Assembly: GCA_003427395.1 (NCBI GenBank)
Contig: BFEA01000002.1
Coordinates: 3,514,718 to 3,578,717 of the forward strand
Length of the DNA stretch: 64,000 bases
Direction of reading: 5' to 3'
DNA from: Chara braunii
Lineage: Eukaryota; Plantae; Charophyceae
The position numbers and the translations under genes were made by a program. The notes beneath the pieces are model-generated. The model saw nothing but the letters and a program-made list of their open reading frames with translations. It made no database searches and was not told the origin of the DNA. Below, piece by piece: positions 1 through 13,159 of this stretch (within the stretch, counting starts at the first letter, position 1; each line of letters opens with the position of its first letter).

Positions 1-19
1 TTGTTCAACAGCCACCATA

Positions 20-410
20 AAAGGCTCTAACCACAGATACGAAATCAATCAATCGATCAAATCAATGTCAATATGTTCGTCCGGAAAAGGCCCTAACCAC
101 AGATACAAAATCAATCGATCAAATCAATCGATCGCATCCATCTATCGAATCAATCGATCAAGTCAATATATCGAACCAATCCACCAAATCAATCAGTCAA
201 TCAAATCAATCCAGACCAATCAATCCATCGAATCAATCGATCAAATCACTCCATCAAATCAATCCATCCAATCAATCCATCCATCGAAATCAATCCACCC
301 ATCGAATCAATCACTCCATATAATCCATCAAAATCAATCCATCCATCGAATCAAGCACTCCATATATTCGATCAACTAATGGAATCGCTCAAGCACTCCG
401 AAGTAGTCGC
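20..410. repeat. Degenerate low-complexity ATCA/ATCC/ATCG repeat tract
   Basis: Continuous AATC/ATCC/ATCG words; AAGGCYCTAACCACAGATACRAAATCAATC duplicated at ~22 and ~87. Confidence 0.8.
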
Positions 411-1147
411 TCCATAAATAGCTGACCAGATAAAGGCCAACTCCACAAATTTTAACGAAAATCCGCTACACTGGCAATTGCAGACATCGGCACGAATCCG
501 TGAATTAGGAAAGAACGACAAAACAAACATATCCGACACATATATATTGCAGACGACAGCTGCATGCAGGCATATATCTAGGCGATGACCAAGGGAGGCC
601 TTTTTGTTAGATAGAAATTATGTTTAATAAAGGAGTGTGTTCGTTAGAGAAGATATTGTTTGATAGAAGAGGGGGGTTGTTGGGTCTTTGTTAGATAGAA
701 GAGGGTGTTTTTTTTATAGAAGAGGGGGGCCATTAGATAGAGTTCGTGTTTGTCAGATGAAGTGGGGTGTTTGTTAAGCGGGTGTTTGTTAGAGGGGTTG
801 CAAAAGTGAGTCCAGCTGCGTCCCCCGGCGAACGATATGAATATCCCTGACAGTGTTCGATCTCAGGTGTGAAGGCGGTCACTCGTGAGGAAGGAAATGA
901 ATGAATACAGGCTATATTTCGGGTCACGTACAGCCGAAATGTGCGAATGCCGCCCACCACAATCGAAACACACTTGGAACCTTTGCCGGAAGCTACCCCC
1001 TTCCGCCGAACATAATTCACCCTCGTTTCGGCTCTACTTGACAGCCGAAATATAACTTCTGCACATTCATCATCAGAGCGGGTGCGTTACCTTCGGGGGA
1101 CGACAGTACTCAGTCAACCTGAATAGCAATGCATGCAGACAGAAAAC

Positions 1148-1243
1148 GACCCTTCGAAACATCCATCAAAAATAGGAAAGACATAAAGAAATGGCACATC
1201 CCTGCGCAAGGATGACACAAATCGAGAAATGAACCAAGATTTT
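1148..1243 (+). pseudogene. U6: Degenerate full-length U6 snRNA copy
   Basis: GACCCTTCG..ACATCC..AAAATAGGAA..CCCTGCGCAAGGATGACAC.AAATCGAGAAATG..CCAAGATTTT is colinear with plant U6; ACAGAGA box and AGC triad are degraded. Confidence 0.85.
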
Positions 1244-1421
1244 CGGATTGAAAAAGAACGACAAAAGAGAGAAAACGCAAATAGCATAAATAATTATTTC
1301 AGACATAACTAACAAACATTACCCCTCAACAACCTCTCACTCTCAAAAATAAATCAAAAAATATTTTCAATTCCTGACTTGGAACCAGAATCAACACAAG
1401 CCACGCGAAGACTTAGACCAT

Positions 1422-1428
<7 letters not shown>

Positions 1429-1478
<50 letters not shown>

Positions 1479-1573
1479 GGTGTGTGTGTGTGTGTGTGTG
1501 TGTCTGTGTGTGTGTGTGTGTGTGCACGTGTGTGTGCGTGTGTGCGTGTGTGTGCGTGTGTGTGTGCGTGTGT
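1429..1573. repeat. Compound (CT)n(GT)n microsatellite
   Basis: Direct reading. Confidence 0.98.
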
Positions 1574-3035
1574 ATAGTTGCCTCCTCCAGAGAGTGCATC
1601 GAGCATATGTAAGCCGGTATGTGTTGCCCCAGCCCCATGCACGAAGAAGTGAACCCTGAGTACTGAAACAGTGCCCTCTTAGTCCCTTCCTCCCTCCTCC
1701 GCGGCTCGCTTTCGGCCCCTCTTCTCCACGCAGTCCCGATCTTGAACATCGGGATAACATCTCACACAAAAAGGAGCTGCACGGATGTCACCCACATCGT
1801 CTTTCTCGACTTCGGTGATGACTCGCAAGCGTTCGGCCCACCTCCCGGATGTCCTCTTCATCGCTATCAGCCTTCTCTAAGAAGCCCGTTCATCGAACCG
1901 CTGTCGCTTGTCGCCTTCCCCCTACTAGAACGTAGGGCTATTGACAACGCCATAGCGCGCCAATTATAGTAGATTAATCAAAAACATGCCGACCGCGGCG
2001 ACCCGTTCCGTGTGCTTCACATGCGTGCCTCTAAAGATGAGCGATATGGCATAGCACGGAGGGGAATAGGACTTCACGACTAGTGGGATGAAGGACGGGG
2101 GTTGCAGGAAAACGGGGGGCGATGGGGGACTGCCCGCGCTACCGGCCACCTGCACGAAGAGCGACAGGATAACGAGGATATGTTTTATGACGATGGACAA
2201 GAGGAATATCAAAAGGAGGAGCGGGAACCGGCGGAGCAGCGGGAGGAGGCGGGGAAGAAGGGTCTCGGGGACGGGAAGAAGAGCGCGGAGGCGGGGATGG
2301 AGGAGGAGGAGGAGCGGGAAGCGCAGCGGAATAAGGAAACGGAGCAGGGGGAGGAGGAGGGGGAGTAGGAAGGGAGATGGAAGGAGCAGCCATGGCGACG
2401 ATCGTCGTTGAGGATGCGGCAGGTAAATCGCAGAGTCACGAAATTGCAAGTGCTCAGAGCCTCACTCACCAGCCCATTACAGCTGCTGGCGAGTCCACGC
2501 TATTATAAATATAGTGATAGTGAAACAGGGCCTTGCGTAACAGTGAGAACAGTGAGAACTGCTGGCGAATTCCCCCAGACACAACGCACCCTCATTTTGA
2601 CTGCATCGGGACGGAAACAGCGTCTGTATTATATTATACACTCATTACCAGGGCGCGTTGTGTTTGGGCGGGAAGACGGCAGCAACGCGCCCGAGCGCGC
2701 TCTGTGAACGTGATTCCTCCGAATTTCTGTGATTCTGCCGAACTTCCCAGCGCGGACAAGAATATAGGAAAAACAAAAAAAAAAAAAAACGGGAGCTTAC
2801 GACGGCCGACCAGGAAGGGCCTGAATCAGGATGTCTTTTGTGTAAAGATGCAGAAAAGAAGAACAACCGGCGATTTTCTGCACGTCTCCACAACAACGTC
2901 CGGAGTCATGCGGAAAAATCGGCCCGGCATGGGACCCCCTCTCTTTGTTTTTTTTTTTTGTTTTTTTTGTTTTTTTTTTTTGTTTTTTTTGTTTTTTTTT
3001 TTTAATTCTTTTCTTTGAAGCCCAACCAATTCATA

Positions 3036-3587
3036 GGGCCTCTTTCGACACCACTTGGAAATTGCTGTTTTTCAAGGAAGCGTCGTTCGACCCCGCCCTA
3101 ATCACCCACCCTTGAAGTCTCTAATCGTTTCCACATCCCTGCGGCCAAGTGCCCGCCCTTGAAACCGAAGTGCGGCCCAGGCAAATGGACGAAAACCCCA
3201 GTTCGACCCCGCCCTAATCACCCACCCTTGAAGTCTCTAATCGTTTCCACATCCCTGCGGCCAAGTGCCCGCCCTTGAAACAGAAGTGGGGCCCAGGCAA
3301 ATGGACGAAAATCCCAAGGGTGCCTCAGGAGGTCACTTGGGGCGCAAGGGTTTCACCCTTCAAAACAAGTAATATACGGACCTTTTTCTTGTTTTCTGTT
3401 TTTTTCCACCAATCACCCACTGTTCATGGTGCAATGACGTCAGCACTTCAGTTTCAAGGACAGCCGTCTCAAGGGTTTCTTCAAGGGGTTATGGAACGAA
3501 AAAGCAAGTTCGGGGAAATTAATCACCTTCCGTGAGTTAGGGTGCCCTTGAAACTCAAGTATTTTCAAGTGGTGTCGAACGAGGCCC
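3036..3587. mobile_element. Tourist/PIF-Harbinger-like MITE
   Basis: ~27-bp TIR GGGCCTCKTTCGACACCACTTGRAAAT, 3-bp ATA on both flanks, internal 116-bp tandem duplication (3085 and 3201). Confidence 0.8.
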
Positions 3588-3732
3588 ATAAAACGCTCTC
3601 TTTGTTGTTCCTTTGTTTTGGTTTCTCTTCTTTTTTTCCCATAAAAGGGCGGCTCTCGATATCATGCCCGAATGAACGAGTGGGGCGTCACCCCTCTCCC
3701 TTGCTTAGGCACGCAAGTGGCGTTTCTAGGCT

Positions 3733-3975
3733 TTACAGGAGAGCCCTGCAAGCATAGCTACCTCTCACCTCGCCCGCCCTAATAGGGGTGGTAAGGGAGT
3801 AGGGTGGGGCCGCCGGTGGGGGGGGCCGGCTGACGCAAAGACCGAGCATGCGTTAGTCGCAGCATTTTGCCAATAGCTGCGCCTCTCATCGACTTTTCCC
3901 GTACCCATCGAGTAACAGGAGTGTCTATGGCCATCTGTTTCCCACAGACCACACACAACCCACACACGTACACAT
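3733..3975 (+). repeat. Dispersed repeat, homologous to the inverted copy at 4855-5100
   Basis: Shared blocks AAGCATAGCTACCYCTCAC, GCATTTTGCCARTAGCTGCGC, CGAGTAACA, CACACACGTACACA. Confidence 0.75.
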
Positions 3976-4500
3976 GCAAAGCCCTGATGGCCAAAGACCT
4001 TACCAGTACCGAAGGGAGGGAACAAGCCAACTATCTCAGTTGGTGGGTACCAAGAGTGCTGCAGGTGGTAGTGGGGATCCAACCCACTACTTCCTGAATG
4101 CCAGTTGCGTGCCCAGCTGCAGTCTTACCCTGTGCAAAATGCATGTGGGTGTGTTGTATTCATATACAACGCACATGCGTAATGCTACGGATTTTGGGCA
4201 CTAACTTCTCAAAAGGTCCCCCACAAAAAGATCTAGTATATCCCGATACCTTCACACGAATCCATAAATGTTCGGCATTATAAAAATTGAAAAAAAAGCA
4301 CCAGATGTACAAAATGTGTATAAATATTATGCCAGATAATGGATGTATGCATCGCCACATCTTTTTCTATTGTGCATGTGGAGAGCAGTGGAGCTGGGCC
4401 CTGACTGTACTTACCATTCGAACAGTCGGCCGCACTACTGGCTGAGCGTTACATTCGAACAGTGATGCAGTCTTGGATTGCCATCGCCATCACCCGTGGG

Positions 4501-4506
<6 letters not shown>

Positions 4507-4578
<72 letters not shown>
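4507..4578. repeat. (GA)n microsatellite
   Basis: Direct reading. Confidence 0.98.
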
Positions 4579-4580
<2 letters not shown>

Positions 4581-4854
4581 AGGGAGAGCACTGCAGGGCA
4601 CACATTTGTGAAAACAATCGCAGCGTTCTGTATGTTCTATTCGAATAGAACACCCGTTTGTCCGGATGTGATAATTGTCATTTTCAGATTTGGAGAGCGG
4701 CCTTTCCCAAAGAGTACGATTTAACATTCGGGAACACTCTCAACAATTTTCAAGAACACATGAGTGGTGTGCGTGTGTGTGGGTGTACAATTCCATCCCC
4801 AGACTGTTACATCAGACTTTCACGGACTCATTACGGGGTTGAACTCCACAACAC

Positions 4855-5100
4855 GGTGTGTACGTGTGTGTGGGGGTTGTGTGGTGTCCGGGAGAGTGTT
4901 GGACTTACACATTGTTGTTACTCGGTGGGGGTGGGGACAGTAGGTGGGAAGCGCAGCTACTGGCAAAATGCTCGATCTTTTGTCGGCCTCTCCAACTAGC
5001 TGCCCCACTGTACTCCCGGACCACCACCAATTAGGACGTGGAGCGATATTGCATCCCCTTCATTGTGAGGGGTAGCTATGCTTACCAGGGTCCCCTGTAT
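4855..5100 (-). repeat. Second, inverted copy of the 3733-3975 repeat
   Basis: Reverse complement shares the same blocks in the same order. Confidence 0.75.
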
Positions 5101-5212
5101 AGGCTCAGGAGTAATGGTAGAAGAATATAACTTACTTTTATATATATATAGCTTAGTTCTGCTAATGTACGTATATATATATCTATATATGCATACCTTA
5201 GTTTATTGATAT

Positions 5213-5345
5213 GTTATAAACAATGAGTGTTGGTCCTTGGTCTACGCCTGGTGGTTTTAGGGGGATTCGATGAGGACCTAGAGTACTGTGGCAAAGTTGA
5301 AACTCAAAGGAATTGACGCAGGCCTGCGCAAGCGGTGGAGCATGT
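5213..5345 (+). pseudogene. rrn18: Mitochondrial-type SSU rRNA fragment (NUMT)
   Basis: TAAACAATGAGTGTT..CCTTGGTCTACG resembles plant mt 18S, followed by GAAACTCAAAGGAATTGACG..GGCCTGC.CAAGCGGTGGAGCATGT. Confidence 0.8.
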
Positions 5346-5739
5346 CGTTGTCCTCTTGTCCCTCTCTGCCTGCGGGTAACAGCCAGTTCCCTTGACGAAA
5401 ACTTTCTGGCCCCTGCATACCTACTTGGCAAATGCGAAAAAGAAAGAAAAATGGTGTATATCTTTTCACCTTCCAGCTGAAGATACGCTCGCCATTGAAG
5501 ACATGTAAAAAGTAGTGGGGTGTGTCAACCGCAGGTAACAAATGCACACCAAATAGTAGACTGTGCGACCCAATTTTACAAAAAACTATACATCTAAAAA
5601 GTTAAAAAAACACAATGGACACTAGGGGAACTAGAGAGGGCGAGGAAGCAACTCGTCAACACTTTATCAGCCTTGCTCTCCTCTCAACAAAGGGAGACGG
5701 TGTACACCCCTCTCTCAACTGGAGAGTCGTACACAACAC

Positions 5740-7990
5740 TCAGAAAGATGGAGGGCAAGAAAACACCTGGCCTGGATCCATTTCCCAAAATATTATGGCT
5801 CAACCATTGGGATTTGTTTCAGGCCAGCTTCATCCAATGCACTCAAGCCGTTTAGCATGAAAAATATTTCGAGTGAGTCGTCAGCCAAGTCATTACGACA
5901 CTACTGCACAAAAAGAGAGATCGAGTTGAGATAAAAAACTACAGACCAGACATCGGAATTCTTCTCTGTCGAACAAACTCGTGAGGAGTGTTTGTGGGTA
6001 TAACCACACGAGGACTCTTTCAAGTTAAATCTGGATGTAATTGCAATCGTGCAGCATGTTAAGTGATAAAAGTCGTGAGATGCATCCAAGAAAGTCCTCG
6101 CATGCATATGACCTGTATCGGTCTACACTCCACAACCTTCATTGATCCCGCATTACTTCCCCTCCCCCACTAAATAGTAGCAAAGGCTAGGGCAAATTAC
6201 ATTTTTCCGTACATGAGTTGTTTCATCCACTATGAACAAACTGCGTTTATGCCAAACCAAAACATCGAGGACGTCATATACCTTCTCAATGAAACAATCA
6301 AATAAGTTGAAATCAGAAACTACAAATTTGTAACTATAATTCCCCTCCTCTACAAAATACTAACAAAGACTCTGACAAACTGTTTTTTCTTATACATGAC
6401 AGTCTTACGACTCTTATCCACTATGATCAAATAAGGTTTATGCCAAAATGAAACATTCAGCCTGAGGATAATATATTGTTGGTCCATGAACTAATCAAAT
6501 ACGCACGGTAAAGACAAAATGAAGCAGCAATATGATGTCGATTTGGATTTTTTTTGTGGTTGTCTGATAAAAATTTGGATTTTTTGGGTGGTTGTCTAAC
6601 AAAATGAAATCAGGTTCACCCTCCACCGGATGAGGATGGAAGAGGAAAAAAAACCTGGACTCAACGGATTCCCCAAGGAGCTATGTGAAACCACGTAAAC
6701 TATTGTCAGCCCCGATCTAATGCACTACTATAAAAATGTATGGCAAATAGAGGACATAGGGGAGATCGTGGGACAAGGGGTCCTCCCTCTACTATTATAG
6801 AAAAAACAGGACAAGATGAACGTTAAAAATTGCAGACTCGTCACACCTGACTGACGGTAGTTCGTAAAATGTTGTTCAAGGCATTGGTCAACCGAATGAT
6901 AAGAGATGATGGATAACCTCATCCACCCTACCCAATCAGGGTTCATCCGTGGTCGGAACATCCAAGAGAACATTTTGAAAGTCAACGAACCTTTTTAAAA
7001 TTTCACGTCAAACAAAACAGAATCTGATTCATCAGAATGCGACATTCATCTTTATTGATTTTTAGAAGGGTAGACAAAGACCTTGGAAAGGATGAAGTTT
7101 GACCTTGACTTCAGGAGTGGGTAAGAATCCTTCACGAGAGAGATAAAAAAATATCCTCACCCCCCTCCTCTTCCTTATAATTATAGAGGTACTATTTGCC
7201 AACCTATGGCAGAACACCTCAAATAGATATCACAGATCCCAGAGGAGGCCATACTAGTATGTTTTCTCTTCGCGGACGACCTAATAATAATGGTAGAGTT
7301 GAACACACAAAACATGAAGGAGCTAAAGAACTTAATTGACCATTTTTGCAGAGCCGGATATGGTAGTGAACTGGGGGCACAAGACCAAAGGGTGGTGGAT
7401 TTCACTATCAATGCATGACAAATCACTGGAAAATGATAGGGAAATCGGCGGCCCCACTCTCAACAAACTAGCGGCCTAGAACAATAAACACACCTCTCTT
7501 TCTGGAGAGCTCTGAAAATCAACAGCATGGTGCTGGCCACACTATACTACAGATCGGGTCTCTGACCTCGAACCAGTGGGGCCCTTAAGTCTTTGAAGTG
7601 ACACGTGACCGCATTCCTATGAAGGGGCGACGACAAAAATCAACATCCCATCAGTCGGGTTGCTTTGAACTTTGTGATCCAACCTAAAAACAAAGGCGGC
7701 CTGGGCATCCTTGACCCCCTCATACAAACTTGGACGCTGAGCTTCCTCTGCCTCAAACGCCTTATCACATCCCCCAACAGCCTATGGAGGCCCCTAACCC
7801 TTTTTCAGATGGTTTGTTGGCCCCTACGACTTCCCCCATGGTAGACCCACTGATTTGGCTCAACGACTTAAACTGGAAGATCCATGGTTTGGGGGGAGTG
7901 GGTAATAGGACCAAGAATTATACAAATGGGGGATCTAGTTAGACGCTCGAAGTGCAAAAGGGCATCTACAACTAAGCCGAAGAGGTCAGT
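5740..7990 (+). mobile_element. Stacked, decayed L1/Tx1-like ORF2 (RT) fragments
   Basis: Repeated KTPGLDPFPK / KKPGLNGFPKE, IHPTQSGFIRGRNIQENIL, SLFADDL and KGGLGILDP motifs, broken by stops and frameshifts; homologous to ORF2 at 21800-23200. Confidence 0.85.
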
Positions 7991-8069
7991 ACCCTTCCAC
8001 AATGCCTGTAGCTGATATTTATTAGCTGAAAGATCATACCTGCCAACACATATCATTGTCCGCGCTTGT

Positions 8070-10300
8070 TTCATACAAAACTGGGACGGTGGACCCTATG
8101 TCCAGCAGGGCATCTGGCCCAACCGATTAGACTTCAGAGATCGGTCAGACAAGGGGACCCCATAGCCCCGATGCTCTTCGTGCTCATCATGGAAGCACTA
8201 GAAGCGATGAGCCGGGTCAATCCTGGAATACAAAGGATATAGGTTCAAGAGGTGTCGTCTCACCTAATCCCAAAAACATCCATATTTGCAGATGATCTTA
8301 CTGTCCTTTTCAAAGCCATCCCTGCTAGCCTCTAGGCGCTAACACAGACAATCCACCTATTCAAACTGGTGGCAGATATGAAAGTTAACTGGGGAACAAA
8401 GACAGGAGGGTGATAGCTCAACAACGACAACAACCCACCGCCCAACACCGTGGCAGTGGACTGGAAACCCAAGGAAGCTACTATCAAGGTACTTGGAGTA
8501 AACCTGACAACCCTGATACCCCCCCACGAACCACGGGGAACGGCTCGTGGACCTAACGATCCAACGAATGAATTCATGAAAAACAGTTCATACGTCGCTG
8601 GTAGGTCGAGCATTGACAATCAACAATGCAATGGTATAAAGTCGTCTTTTGGTAAATGAGACGCAGACAACTTAAAAACTGCGGCAAGCGGCAACAACAT
8701 ACTTATGGCATAACAATCACGAAAACATAAACTGCACTAAGAGAGTATCTTGGGACATCATTACACAACCGCGAACCAAGGGGGGATTGGGTATAATGGA
8801 CCCATAAAACGAGATCAAACAACTTATCTTTGAATTCCTCATACGCATGTTGTTGGGCAATAGCATCTCGTGGGCACCTTATGGGTACATTAAGATTGCG
8901 ACCCTTGCCCCACAGAACACACCGGGTAAACAAGTCCACCCTCTGCGGTGGCTAACTAATAACGACTGGACCTTCCCAAACCCCCCATGCTCGTTGAGAC
9001 AACTCATGCACAGCCACCGCCAAATGGGACCTAAGGACTGACCCCCTTTGGACTGCATTCCTTCAATGGTGGAGCGAAAGGGATCCAACCCAAAAGACTG
9101 TCCTTGTGAGATGAGACGAAGTATGAGGTCAACCCCTATTTGGGAACCCGCAGATTTTGGACCAAACAGGTCACCCATTCTCCCTGCATACCCACTCACG
9201 ATGACTCTCGTGGCAAAGAAAGGAATATACACCGTCGGGTTCCTGTGGAACAAACAAACAGACACATGGTATCCAACAACTGACCTCCGACCCCAACTCA
9301 CCCACGCCAGGAATCTTGAGGAGAGCTTGCACGAGATGCAAGAGGCTATTTTGCTGCCCTGGATATCAGAGCTTAAAAAAAGACAGGAAGTGAAACACGG
9401 GGACTGGGTCATCCCAATTGAGGACTGGCCGATCCCAATGGTGGTGTACAAGGTGCAATCGGTACATACAGAACAAGTATCCCTGCAAGACTATAGACCA
9501 TACCTGTCGGGTGAAAGATGGTCCAAGTTGCTAAGGGATAACGAATTGGACAACACCAGATCTCGAATAAGGCTAGTACGAGTTTGTGTCATTGAGGAAT
9601 GTGAAAACACTGACAAGGAGCCATATGCATAATAATGAGCCAGCCACCCCCCTCAACCAACTTTCATTTGACCTGCAGGAATTGAAACGGTCATTGGGGG
9701 GTGATAGGAAACTTCACATATGGCAATATACAGTGAAGGATAGGTACAGACTGACACGGAAAAGAGTGAACATCCTAGATCATATCAAAGCACAGTGTGA
9801 ACGAGATTTGTCTCTCACAAAATAGGACTTACATAACATCAGGTGGTCAACCTACTCTCACATATGACCCACTAATTGGAGAGCCTTACAGTGGCATATC
9901 ATACACAAATGCCTGGCCACGCCAGGCTGGCTGACATCCAGAACAAACCTCGATATTCGGGGTCTACTTGACTGTACTATCCCCGATGTGCACATACTGT
10001 GATAATTCCTCCTCCAAGAAATGAGTTACACTGGAGCATTGCCTGATGAAATGTTCGATTGTGGCCCAAATATGGAGCTGGTGGGATGCTGCATGGAACT
10101 ATCTAACAGGAAAGCATATGCCATGGGATCCCAAAACCATTCTCTTTGGGGAGACAACCTCGCAAGGATACCCATGGTCACCCTTTATGACCAATCTTTT
10201 CAACAACACACGCCTGACGATGCTGATGGCGGCATGGCATATGAGATGCGGCTGATGCGCACACGCACATAAGCAACACACCTACAGATATATGGAGGTT
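8070..10300 (+). mobile_element. Decayed 3' half of a more divergent L1/Tx1-like LINE
   Basis: RSVRQGDPIAPMLF, SIFADDL, GGLGIMDP, GDWV block and ALQWHIIHKCL (zf-RVT region). Confidence 0.8.
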
Positions 10301-11881
10301 AAGATCTCAATTGCGCAAACCATCATCACAGCCAACGAGCATGCCCGTATTTTCCAAAGTTAATGTGAATGGAAAAAAAAAATTGTTGAAAGATGTGAAG
10401 CCTGTGATAGAAACCGGAGGGGAATGAGAAATTATTAAACTGATCCGCACAAAGACAAAAACTGAAATGTTAAAAGCGGAAGTTATTTCTTTTTTGCGTG
10501 CGCCATGGAAGCGTAAGGATTTTGTAAAATTAAGCTTGGAAGAAATTTTGGACTTGGACTGTTCTGTGAAGACTATAAACCAGCACCAGAGCAGACAAAT
10601 AGTACGGGTAATTATGACACATGTTTGTAAAAATAAAATTGGAATTTGGAAGTAACCCTTGGACTAACATCACTGTTAAAATTTTATTTTGTACAACTTT
10701 AGATAAGAAAAAAATTAAATGTTATGTAAGGGACTGGATTTTGAGTCATCTCTCATCGATACCACTAACGAAACTGTATGCGAACAAAACCCGGGTCGTC
10801 TGGCTCAAAGCCAAATCGGTCGAAGACTTGCTGCATCATCAATTTTTTTTTTGCACAGAACACTACTTTTGAGTGTCCCTGTGCTAACTTTGATTTGCCC
10901 TAAATTAACGGGCACATCGCAATGAAGCTAAGTGAGATCGATGAGTTTAAACTATTCCATTTCAATGCAAAAAACGTACCTTTCCCTGGAACGAGAGTGA
11001 CACGAGATTGTCTGAACTGAGTGTGCAACTTGAATGAAGGACTTAATTGCGTTCACAATTCAGGGGTAATCAGGGACACACTACACGTTGATTTTCGCAG
11101 GGTAAGCGAAAAATGTGACCCGATGCCTGTTGGTTCTGTTATGAGTGAGTATGTCATTGGTGTGAAACAAGCATTGGATGACCTTGTTCTGGGCCCACTG
11201 GACCGTAACACCAGTGAGACATGGGTTGAATGTCCAGTGCGGTATCAAGATGGTCTGAATAAAATGTTCTTGTGTAATGAAAATTATAAAAATATGAAGT
11301 TGGATAAGCGTGCGGTATTGTCTAATATGAGAAACAAATATAAAAGCAATAGCCTAGTACATGTGGAAAATTGGGATCACCGTGGTGTGCCGTGGTGAAT
11401 TGTAGTATGCCTATATCTTGGCCAAAGAAAAAGACAGGGAAAAGCGAAGACCGATTGTCCCTTCTTTCCTAAGTCCATTTAGAGCTGAGTCAGGAGTGTT
11501 GTCGTTGACTTTGAATCACTTGATTAAATTTCATTAAAAAAGTAAGTGCTCCTCACTTTAAATCACCAGTACTACAGTCATGCCGTTAACGCGCCACAAT
11601 TTTCGGAAACGTACGGGCTACTACAAGAGCTAGTGGGAATTGATAGGGGCACAGCGCTACCGGGAGCGTTGCGCGCGCCTGGGCCGGAACGACGGGTGCA
11701 CCAACGCGCATTGAAACGCGAAGTTGCGATGATGTTTTCACGAGGGTACGGCGAGTCAATATCCTGTGTGGCGATGATGCTTCTTAGAGACTTCCGTGGA
11801 TGTGGAGACAAGAGGGGTGTGTGGTTTGAGGGGCGTGTGGTTTGAGTAGCCGGGGGGGGGGGGGCGGCACGTGGCATAGGG

Positions 11882-11919
11882 CTGTCTCTTATACACATCT
11901 AGATGTGTATAAGAGACAG
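11882..11919. other. Nextera mate-pair junction adapter (assembly artefact)
   Basis: Exact CTGTCTCTTATACACATCTAGATGTGTATAAGAGACAG. Confidence 0.99.
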
Positions 11920-12945
11920 GTCCTGGATGGGGCGCATGGTGGTCTTGGGGTGCATGTGGCATTTGTGAGTGGGGGATAGAGGTTGTGACAATTTGTGAGT
12001 GATACGAGAGACATACGTGGTGCTTGAGGCGAACGNNNNNNNNNNGGGGGGGGCATGTGGCATATGGTTATAACGCCACTCCTTCTGTCCTCTGTGTTTA
12101 ATCTTTGTCTCTCGCTTCTCTGGTTTTTTGCTATCATGGGTCGTTGGGTCTGGACTAAATTCTTTGTGAAGCTGTGTTGACGGGCTTGACATGGTCATTC
12201 ACAACACAACCGCGTTCGGGGAGTAAAAGGGAGGCGGGGGCATCCCAATAATCTCTTCTGGTTGGTGCACTTTGCCGTAAGGCTACACTAGCACCGGTTC
12301 TGGGGAGGAGGAGTGGCTCTTTTTATAGGAAGAGGCAAGGGCTGAGTTTGGTATGGGCAGCGGTCGGGCAGCTGGATAAGGGGACTGCGGAAGCGGAGCG
12401 GTGCATGATGGTTTGTAGTGATTGGTGATTTCAAGTAAAGTTCACGGCGGCATCACGTAGCGACGGAAGCTCTGAGTGCAACATTTTTCAGAATTTAACC
12501 CTAAAGTACTACTCCGTCAGATGATTTGATGGTTATGGATGTCTCATTGCTGTTTTGATATTTCCTGATATTTTCTTGGATGTTGAATTGAATGTTGCCG
12601 ATTTCGACATCCGACGGATGATCTGTAAATCTGATTTTTGTCTGATTCTTAATTCGTAATTTCCTTTTTTCATGAATTGATGGTCGAAGCTTACAATTGA
12701 CTATTGTGTTCTGTACTCATATAACCATCTAAATTAGTCTTGAGATTACAACACCTGGTAAATTTTTTGAGCTACTCTTTGTCTCAAGTTCCCAAAGAAG
12801 AATTATAGTCGGGTATTCTAATTCGTAAATTTTTTCTGATGTCGATTTTCAAAAAACCTATCGAAAGTCCTATTTGGACAACCTATTCATAACTGCTAAT
12901 AATAGTTCATATAGGTTTTCTAAATTCGCCGTAAATCAATTTTCT

Positions 12946-13030
12946 AAATTGTCATGATTCTGTTTTCAAAACTGTCATGATTCTATTTTCAAAATTGTCA
13001 TGATTCAATTTTCTAATTTGTCAATGATTC
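12946..13030. repeat. ~23-bp minisatellite, 4 copies
   Basis: AAATTGTCATGATTCTRTTTTC units. Confidence 0.8.
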
Positions 13031-13159
13031 GTGTCAAACTTTGACGTGATTTTCCATGTTCCAATTAATGTTTTCTGATAAGGCTTCTCTCATTGGAGAC
13101 TGTTAGCAAATCTTCTTAGGTGTGCCTGTCGCTGTCATAATTGTGGATCTGCGGTTTTT

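Noticed and set aside
20-410. CAATCAAT words matching the module D loop
   Set aside because: Low-complexity tract without flanking stems; likely coincidence.
1354-1769. ORFs rich in HT, RE, SL or CV dipeptides, and ORFs spanning N gaps throughout the window
   Set aside because: Translations of microsatellites and gaps.
10340-11530. Short AT-rich ORFs, possibly a transposase remnant (similar unassigned ORFs at 1742-2449, 28645-29254, 60216-61557)
   Set aside because: No recognisable motif, termini or splice structure; cannot be supported without a database search.
11625-11674. Helitron 3' end (hairpin plus CTAG on the minus strand)
   Set aside because: The homologous hairpins at 29683 and 32162 have no CTAG at that position.
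11882-11919. Inverted Tn5 mosaic ends suggesting a bacterial transposon or horizontal transfer (four sites)
   Set aside because: Exact Nextera mate-pair junction adapter; library artefact.
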